Shown: positions 58,680-64,000 of the stretch, in pieces
How the letters are laid out: each line of letters starts with the position of its first letter
How positions within the stretch are numbered: position 1 is the first letter of the stretch
From: Candidatus Kaiserbacteria bacterium
GTDB taxonomy: Bacteria > Patescibacteriota > Minisyncoccia > Phycocordibacterales > UBA2100
Direction of reading: 5' to 3'
DNA: 64,000 nt
Assembly (NCBI GenBank): GCA_016217925.1
Contig: JACRFK010000003.1
Span: 143,656-207,655 of the forward strand
Position numbers and translations under genes: made by a program
Notes under the pieces: model-generated
The model's input: only the letters and a program-made list of their open reading frames with translations
The model's database searches: none
Told to the model about the DNA's origin: nothing

Positions 58680-59081
58680 CTATACCTGAGGCTGCGCACA
58701 ATGCGAACAGCGCTTGGCCGCGAGCGGTATTTCGCTCAGGCACTCGGTGCATTTTTTCGTAGTCGGATCCTCGGAAGGACCTTTGCGGGCGCGGCCTACG
58801 AGCAGATTCATCGGCTTCACAACAAAAAAGAATATCGTGGAAGCGACGAGGATGAACGAAATGACCGAATTGATGAAATGTCCGTACTTGAATTCGCCTC
58901 CGTTGAATGTGAAAGAGAGCCCGCCCATATCGGGGACGCGGGCCACGGCCGAAATGAAGGGTGTGATGAAATCGGCCACGAGCGCATTCACGATTGCGGT
59001 AAATGCGGCGCCGACAACGACGCCGACCGCGAGGTCGACGACGTTGCCGCGCAGCAAGAATTGTTTGAATTCCCTTAGCAT
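58680..59081 (-). CDS. mscL: Large-conductance mechanosensitive channel with a C-terminal CxxC-x10-CxxC zinc-ribbon extension
   Basis: MscL signature [16 protein letters not shown]. The extra C-terminus is [25 protein letters not shown]. Confidence 0.8.
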   Translation of the reverse strand: MLREFKQFLLRGNVVDLAVGVVVGAAFTAIVNALVADFITPFISAVARVPDMGGLSFTFNGGEFKYGHFINSVISFILVASTIFFFVVKPMNLLVGRARKGPSEDPTTKKCTECLSEIPLAAKRCSHCAQPQV

Positions 59082-59087
59082 ACCCGG

Positions 59088-59564
59088 TTATTTTATCACG
59101 ACACTCTCGATGACCATCGCCTCGAGCGGCCGGTCCGAGGGGCCTGTCAAAGCGGACTCGATAGCATGCACGACTTCCATTCCCGCAACGACGCGTCCGA
59201 AAGTGGTGTGTTTGCCGTCGAGAAAATTGTTGTCGGCGGTGTTGATGAAGAACTGGCTGCCGTTGGTATCGGGGCCGGAGTTTGCCATCGAGATAGTGCC
59301 GATGATGTTGTGATTGTTGTCGCGTATCTCGTCGGCAAATTTGTATCCCGGGCCGCCCGTGCCCCAGCGCGAGCTCAGCGATTCGTCTTTGGTAAACGGG
59401 TCGCCGCCCTGAATCATGAAATCCTTGATGACGCGGTGAAATTTGGTCCCGTCGTAAAATCCCGCTTTGGCGAGCTTCACGAAATTGGCGACCGTGTTCG
59501 GCGCATCGGCTTCGAAAAAATCTATAGTAATGTCGCCCTTGTTGGTGTGGAGTGTTGCTTGCAT
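59088..59564 (-). CDS. ppiB: Peptidyl-prolyl cis-trans isomerase, cyclophilin type
   Basis: FHRVIKDFMIQGGDP and the cyclophilin fold. Confidence 0.9.
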   Translation of the reverse strand: MQATLHTNKGDITIDFFEADAPNTVANFVKLAKAGFYDGTKFHRVIKDFMIQGGDPFTKDESLSSRWGTGGPGYKFADEIRDNNHNIIGTISMANSGPDTNGSQFFINTADNNFLDGKHTTFGRVVAGMEVVHAIESALTGPSDRPLEAMVIESVVIK

Positions 59565-59574
59565 GTGAGCCGTT

Positions 59575-59877
59575 CTATTTCTGATTCTTCTTCGCGTCGC
59601 GCACTCCTTCGCGGACGCCCGCTGCTATGCCTTTGCCGAGCTTGGAAATGTGGGAAGCCGCTCCCCGCAAGGTCTTGTGCGCGTGGATGGCATCGGCGAC
59701 GACGGTGCGCGCGGCTGTGCGCGCGGCACCCTTCACCTGGACAGGATCTTTGATGATGCGAATTGCGTGCTTGGAAACTTTCTTCGCCTGGACGCCCGTA
59801 ATGCGCGCGAGCTCAGCCCCTTCTTGCGCAATTTTCTTCATCTCGCCATGTATCGTCTTTTTCATATTGTACGGCAC
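59575..59877 (-). CDS. Hypothetical small basic protein, 100 aa
   Basis: Ala/Lys-rich with no family assignment. Confidence 0.35.
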   Translation of the reverse strand: MPYNMKKTIHGEMKKIAQEGAELARITGVQAKKVSKHAIRIIKDPVQVKGAARTAARTVVADAIHAHKTLRGAASHISKLGKGIAAGVREGVRDAKKNQK

Positions 59878-59885
59878 GTACGCGC

Positions 59886-60758
59886 CTATCGGCTGATTGT
59901 AACATCATGCGCGCCGTCGCGCACAATTCCTTGAAAATCCTTGAACATCCGCTCGGCCGTTGCCCGACCACCGGCGCCAGGACCCTCCGCAACTTTTTCT
60001 CCGTTGATACATATGCAGTTGTTGACGCCCGAGGGGAACCACGATTTATCTTCAAAACTGAGGAACCCGGCGCGTATTCCCTCCTTGCTCAAGACGACGG
60101 CACATCGCGTGTTCTCTTTGTAGGCTTCCGTTTGCACATCTTCCGGAGTGAATACCTTTTCGTACATGCCGGAATGATTGGCGAGTATCGCCGTCTTGTA
60201 CGCGACGTCCTTGAGTTCGTTTTGAAAAACTTCCCGGAGATTGCGTGGACCCTGGTCGGTAAAACCGCGGCTTACTACATCACGGAATATATCGTCTTCT
60301 GCGCGTTTTTGAGACAACGCTCCCGACACGTAGTTAAGGGTCCCGTTGATTACCGCCTTGATTTCCGTAATTGCGCCCCGGTAATCGCTGACGGCGGGAA
60401 GGATACCGGAATTGCCGCCGACGGTCGCCGAGTACCGTATCCGCTCTTTGAACTCCTGAACGAGCTCGAAGTGATGCGCCAGTACGGCCTTCTCACAGGT
60501 CACGATGCGCGCGCCAAGCGCAAGAGACTCCACGTAGTAGTGAAGCATCTCGCTTCCGTCGCCGCGGCTAGGCACGGAAATAAACAGTACCGAGCCGGCA
60601 TCTACGTATTTCGCGAAATTTTCGTTGCCATCTATGAAAGAACCTTTTGAATAAACTCCTGAGCTCCGTACGACGAGCTCTACGGGGATACCGTTCTCAG
60701 CAAGAACCTTCTCCACTTCTTTGCCCACATTCCCGCTCCCTATCAGAATTATTTTCAT
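59886..60758 (-). CDS. hom: Homoserine dehydrogenase, short form
   Basis: NAD-binding MKIILIGSGNVG, then SATVGGNSGILPAV, INGTLNYV and GPGAGGRATAERMFKDF, which match Hom catalytic blocks. Confidence 0.6.
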   Translation of the reverse strand: MKIILIGSGNVGKEVEKVLAENGIPVELVVRSSGVYSKGSFIDGNENFAKYVDAGSVLFISVPSRGDGSEMLHYYVESLALGARIVTCEKAVLAHHFELVQEFKERIRYSATVGGNSGILPAVSDYRGAITEIKAVINGTLNYVSGALSQKRAEDDIFRDVVSRGFTDQGPRNLREVFQNELKDVAYKTAILANHSGMYEKVFTPEDVQTEAYKENTRCAVVLSKEGIRAGFLSFEDKSWFPSGVNNCICINGEKVAEGPGAGGRATAERMFKDFQGIVRDGAHDVTISR

Positions 60759-60809
60759 GCAAGGTGGAAGTGCGGTACGCCTGGAGACCCGGGAGGCGGA
60801 GCAATCACA

Positions 60810-61964
60810 TCAACGCCACTCCTTTGCCATGTCCCACTTTATCTTCATCATCGAACCGACTGCGAGAAGGATGAGTACGAATTTTGCGATACCACCAACG
60901 AGGGGGATGAATCCGAGGACGGTGTAGATGGCGACGCCGAGTAGTATCGTCTGCCATGCGACTTGGTATTCGGCAGGCTTGAAGATCCATTTGTGGACCA
61001 CGCTTCCCACGATGACGGCGGCGAGCGGTGACGCCACGAGCAGAAGTATCCCGAATGCGAGGAAACCGAGTATGCCGAGCGGAACGCCGATGAGGGTCAC
61101 GAGCAACATTACCGATACGACAGGTAGGACGATAAGCACGATAAGCCCGCGGCCCGTTTCGAGAAGCGGCTGCGTGATGGCGTTACTGACGAGCGCTTCC
61201 GCATAGCGACGGAAGAAAAGTCCGAGCGCGAGCGCGAAGACGAGCAACGCGAGGAACTTGCCGAGGAAGAGGAGCGACAGGAGCGCGATGATGCCTTTGC
61301 CGGAGATTGCCGGCGTCGCAGTTTTTTGCTGTTCGTAGGTCGTCTTCCCTTTGACGACCGCACCCGCTTCTATCGTTGCCTCCTTTTGCGCCGAGTAATC
61401 GAGATTGCCGTCAATGACTGCATCTTTACCGAGCGTGAGTTTCTGACCTTTGAACGAAACGTTGCCGTGTACCGGCGCGTTGATAACGACCTCGCCGCCG
61501 GCAAGTTGCATGTCGCCGCCGACGGGAGCGTCCACACGAAGCATACCGCCGCCCCACAGCACGTCGCCACCGATTCCGGCGCCGGCAATGGTCGTTTGCC
61601 CGCCTCCCACTACCACATCATTTCCGACTCTGCCGTTCAAGAAAATATTGCCGCCGCCGACGCGCACGTCGTCGCCGATCTCCGCGGTAACGGTGATAGA
61701 GCCGCCTCCTATCGCAAGGTCCTGCGACACCGGACCACTCACGATAATGGTGCCGCCGGCGATGCCGAGGTCGCCGTTCACCTTTCCGGAACTCGAAACA
61801 TTTCCGCCTGCCAAATACAGGTCGTTCTTTACTGTCTCCGATGAGGAGAATGAGGGTGATTCGCCTACACGAACCTCGGCCGCGAGAACCACTGCGGGGA
61901 TAATAAGCGCACTTATTAGTAAACTTGCTCCCGAGACCGCGAGAGATTTATTCATATGCCCCAA
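60810..61964 (-). CDS. Membrane protein with signal peptide, bactofilin-like (polymer-forming cytoskeletal) beta-helical repeats and a C-terminal multi-TM domain
   Basis: Repeats GDLGIAGGTIIVSGPVSQDLAIGGGSITV...IGDDVRVGGGNIFLNG are followed by 5-6 TM helices. Confidence 0.55.
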   Translation of the reverse strand: MGHMNKSLAVSGASLLISALIIPAVVLAAEVRVGESPSFSSSETVKNDLYLAGGNVSSSGKVNGDLGIAGGTIIVSGPVSQDLAIGGGSITVTAEIGDDVRVGGGNIFLNGRVGNDVVVGGGQTTIAGAGIGGDVLWGGGMLRVDAPVGGDMQLAGGEVVINAPVHGNVSFKGQKLTLGKDAVIDGNLDYSAQKEATIEAGAVVKGKTTYEQQKTATPAISGKGIIALLSLLFLGKFLALLVFALALGLFFRRYAEALVSNAITQPLLETGRGLIVLIVLPVVSVMLLVTLIGVPLGILGFLAFGILLLVASPLAAVIVGSVVHKWIFKPAEYQVAWQTILLGVAIYTVLGFIPLVGGIAKFVLILLAVGSMMKIKWDMAKEWR

Positions 61965-62019
61965 CTATACACCCCGCCTTTTGCCGCGCCAGTCAGGGTG
62001 GCCGCCATACGTTTAGAGC

Positions 62020-62310
62020 TCAAGAGAAAAAACAATGCCGACCGGCGGGAATGCGGCGACGATCTGTAGGGCCGAAACGAAGAGCGCCTCCTTTGGCGCC
62101 TTCGGCAGCCATTTGATTGCAAAAAAAAGGAATCATCAGCGCTTCCAGGACCAACCAGAGCTGGAAGAGATGCGCGGGCGTGCCCTCGTCCGCGTTCGGG
62201 TCGGGAGCGGCGACGCCGAACATCGCAACGTACGTAAGAATAAATGCCAACATGCCGAGCGAAAGCGCTATCGGTATCCACGCCCCCGGCTTTTTTAATG
62301 TCGAAATCAT
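62020..62310 (-). CDS. Small hypothetical membrane protein containing a T8 homopolymer (possible frameshift site)
   Basis: An A8 run at 62118-62125 on the plus strand lies inside the ORF. The -1 frame continues as a more hydrophobic, membrane-like sequence AIKWLPKAPKEALFVSALQIVAAFPPVGIVFSLEL. Confidence 0.3.
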   Translation of the reverse strand: MISTLKKPGAWIPIALSLGMLAFILTYVAMFGVAAPDPNADEGTPAHLFQLWLVLEALMIPFFCNQMAAEGAKGGALRFGPTDRRRIPAGRHCFFS

Positions 62311-62315
62311 ACACC

Positions 62316-62807
62316 TTATGAGCCTTTTTTGGATTTTATATCCACGGCATTTTGCAAAATCCGTTCAAACATCGCAGATGCAATGGCGACTACACCAAAG
62401 ACAACGATCATAAGAAGACCCATAAAAACACCGCCCGCAATGTCATCGCCGGGCCGAACTATAAATAGGTAGGCTTCTGCCGCCACAACAAAACTAACAA
62501 GGGTTGTCGCGCAGTATGTTATGGTCCGCAAAGTTTTCACGGCGGGTTGTGAGAATACATTATTCTGTCCGATGTAGGTCAATAGCTTGAATGCCTGATA
62601 GAGCGCCACGAAAAACGCGATGGACGCCGTATACGCCCACGCCAAAAAAGGATCTTTGAAATAAATCTCAAAGAGCGTGGCGTGCACATTCCTGCCCTCA
62701 ATCTGAGGTTCCCAAAGCAAAAATGCAAGAGCGCCGATGCCTACGAGCACAATGACTATTTGAAGAATTATTGTTGAGCTATTTTTCATGTGATTTAGCG
62801 AAATCAT
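62316..62807 (-). CDS. Hypothetical membrane protein, 4 TM helices, DUF2975-like
   Basis: Hydrophobic 163-aa ORF. Confidence 0.45.
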   Translation of the reverse strand: MISLNHMKNSSTIILQIVIVLVGIGALAFLLWEPQIEGRNVHATLFEIYFKDPFLAWAYTASIAFFVALYQAFKLLTYIGQNNVFSQPAVKTLRTITYCATTLVSFVVAAEAYLFIVRPGDDIAGGVFMGLLMIVVFGVVAIASAMFERILQNAVDIKSKKGS

Positions 62808-62935
62808 GTCGGCGCAACGTCCATTGAGCGCCGACTCTTACACATCTATATATTACATCCGAAGTCAGTGATTATCGTTTATGGGGCTGCGTTGAAATTT
62901 ACTAATTTCGACGTGATTTTTACGCTTAAAAATCA

Positions 62936-63190
62936 TCAACGGTGAGTACAGCCGGCCCAGCAGCAGGGGCGGCGCATTCCACCTTTTAGTTTCGAGATTC
63001 CCTTCTTGATGCGGATATCCCTCGTTTCCGCCTTTTTGCCCGAAGTGACCCAGCAAATCCACTCATTGCGCGCGAGCGGCGTGATGTCTTCCCACACCGC
63101 CCGCGCCTTCGGCGCAGAAATAATGGCCTTCCGAAAATCCTCCGGCATTGTATGTACGGTGCCATCGGCGAGTCCCTTTTCTTTTCCCAT
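62936..63190 (-). CDS. YdeI/OmpD-associated family protein
   Basis: MPEDFRKAIISAPKARAVWEDITPLARNEWICWVTSGKKAETRDIRIKKGISKL. Confidence 0.6.
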   Translation of the reverse strand: MGKEKGLADGTVHTMPEDFRKAIISAPKARAVWEDITPLARNEWICWVTSGKKAETRDIRIKKGISKLKGGMRRPCCWAGCTHR

Positions 63191-63203
63191 ACCGACAATC
63201 CGT

Positions 63204-63695
63204 CTAACGCACCCCCGTGGCTGGCGGAACGCATGTCCACTTTCCACTGCGACATTCGGGAATTGTTGGTGATTCACAAGCAAGCCCCGGTTCACCGCAC
63301 GCACCCTCGCGCAACTGCGCATCCGTCGGGAAATTCAAGGTATTTGTTTCTAGAAAGACGCGAGCGTCCGCATCGCGGCAATACCACGCTCCTCTGCGGC
63401 ATACGACGCTTCCACCATCCGGGCATGCAGGCCGTTCACTCGGACACTCCTCTCGAAGCACACCGCCCGCGCCACATGCGCGAATGCAGGCGTCGAACCC
63501 GGCGGACCCGCTCCCGCCATATTGATTGCGGCACCCGGCCTCACAAGCCGCGCGTGTTGAAACCGCAGCATCCTGCGCTTCGCGCGCATTTTGAGATTTT
63601 GGTTCGGTTGTGGTTTTGTCCGGCATGTACGCGAAATAATAACCAATGCCCGCGACTCCGATGACAAGAACGGCAATAGCAATGTATGCCTTCAT
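63204..63695 (-). CDS. Cys-rich secreted or membrane-anchored hypothetical protein
   Basis: Signal anchor MKAYIAIAVLVIGVAGIGYYFAY, then about 16 Cys in 130 aa. Coding-like codon usage. Confidence 0.5.
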   Translation of the reverse strand: MKAYIAIAVLVIGVAGIGYYFAYMPDKTTTEPKSQNAREAQDAAVSTRAACEAGCRNQYGGSGSAGFDACIRACGAGGVLREECPSERPACPDGGSVVCRRGAWYCRDADARVFLETNTLNFPTDAQLREGACGEPGLACESPTIPECRSGKWTCVPPATGVR

Positions 63696-63805
63696 GCACA
63701 TACTCTATACCAGCATGTGATGAGCGCAAGCAGCCGACTCTCGCCTGCGTAGAGGCTTACACTCAGGAGCAATCATCAGGCGCACTAGCCTGAGATTCCC
63801 ATCGG

Positions 63806-63850
63806 ATGTAAGAAAGTCGGGAGTCCGCGGTTCGATTCCCGCGCCCGCTA
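63806..63850 (+). other. tRNA-like or tmRNA-like 3' fragment (T-arm plus acceptor-side sequence), not a complete gene
   Basis: ggatgtaagaaagtcgggagtccgcggttcgattcccgcgcccgcta aligns with the 3' tRNA-like end of E. coli ssrA, GGATGTAGGAATTTCGGACGCGGGTTCAACTCCCGCCAGCTCC (recalled from memory). No 5' acceptor partner or tag ORF was found upstream. Confidence 0.3.
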
Positions 63851-63868
63851 GTTCTCACTCCGTTCAAA

Positions 63869-63939
63869 CTGGGGGACTTGGAATCGAACCAAGATAAACG
63901 CCTCCAAAGGGCGCTGTCCTACCGTTAGACGATCCCCCA
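63869..63939 (-). tRNA. tRNA-Gln, anticodon TTG
   Basis: Reverse complement is TGGGGGATCGTCTAACGGTAGGACAGCGCCCTTTGGAGGCGTTTATCTTGGTTCGATTCCAAGTCCCCCAG. It has a U1-A72 pair, D-arm GTCT/GGAC, anticodon loop CTTTGGA, T-arm CTTGG-TTCGATT-CCAAG and a G73 discriminator. CCA is not encoded. Confidence 0.8.
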
Positions 63940-64000
63940 AACTACCGAACACCGCTAAAGATAACAGGATATCGGTCTGTTATAAAGGGGCTACTGCTTC

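Noticed and set aside
63480-63852. Complete one-piece tmRNA (ssrA) gene
   Set aside because: Only the 3' 45 nt resemble tmRNA. The upstream 300 nt encode a convincing signal-anchored Cys-rich protein on the opposite strand, and no GGGG 5' acceptor partner, resume codon or tag ORF was found.

Overview
The window is 64 kb of a compact bacterial chromosome at roughly 56-58% GC. About 90% is coding, mostly on the minus strand, and Shine-Dalgarno use is low. Most genes are housekeeping or biosynthetic. The nucleotide-excision-repair genes are clustered: uvrC at 270-1565, uvrA at 7543-10287 and a murB-uvrB pair at 12066-15051. Other recognisable genes are carAB, tyrS, lysS, msrA, an RND efflux pair, ilvD, a ZIP transporter, dgkA plus a PAP2 phosphatase, pyrB, purF, argF, hisG, tkt, gpmA, eno, obg, tgt, an RluB-like pseudouridine synthase, a short pyruvate kinase, glycerate kinase, a 2-hydroxyacid dehydrogenase, an ABC-F ATPase, mscL, a cyclophilin and a homoserine dehydrogenase. 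A tRNA-Gln(TTG) sits at 63869-63939 on the minus strand, next to an isolated tRNA-like or tmRNA-like 3' fragment. I found no CRISPR array, transposase, integrase, restriction-modification system or known defence system.

The features that ordinary annotation does not explain are as follows.

1. A 95-105 nt inverted-repeat leader module lies directly upstream of lysS, eno and a histidine-phosphatase gene. Each carries a uORF that begins M(N/S)PALS and whose TGA stop overlaps the main ATG as ATGA. Its arms would base-pair across the start codon.

2. A second palindrome family with core CCCCGTTAGAGGC is inserted in-frame inside uvrB. Other copies lie at the uvrC/carA promoter, directly against the rluB start codon, and inside a uvrB leader uORF.

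3. There are diverged duplicates of the uvrA 3' end and the uvrB 5' end. The uvrA duplicate flanks a single inserted gene of unknown function that has near-consensus expression signals. The uvrB duplicate forms a translationally coupled leader peptide that mimics the UvrB N-terminus.

4. A 335-aa unknown protein with an internal 93-nt tandem duplication and a consensus promoter sits between uvrA and murB.

5. An exact 28-nt hairpin repeat occurs three times around a low-GC collagen-like gene and a PKD-domain secreted protein gene.

6. A GC3-rich quinone oxidoreductase gene at about 66% GC looks horizontally acquired.

All calls rest on reading the sequence and on motif recall. No database search or computation was run.
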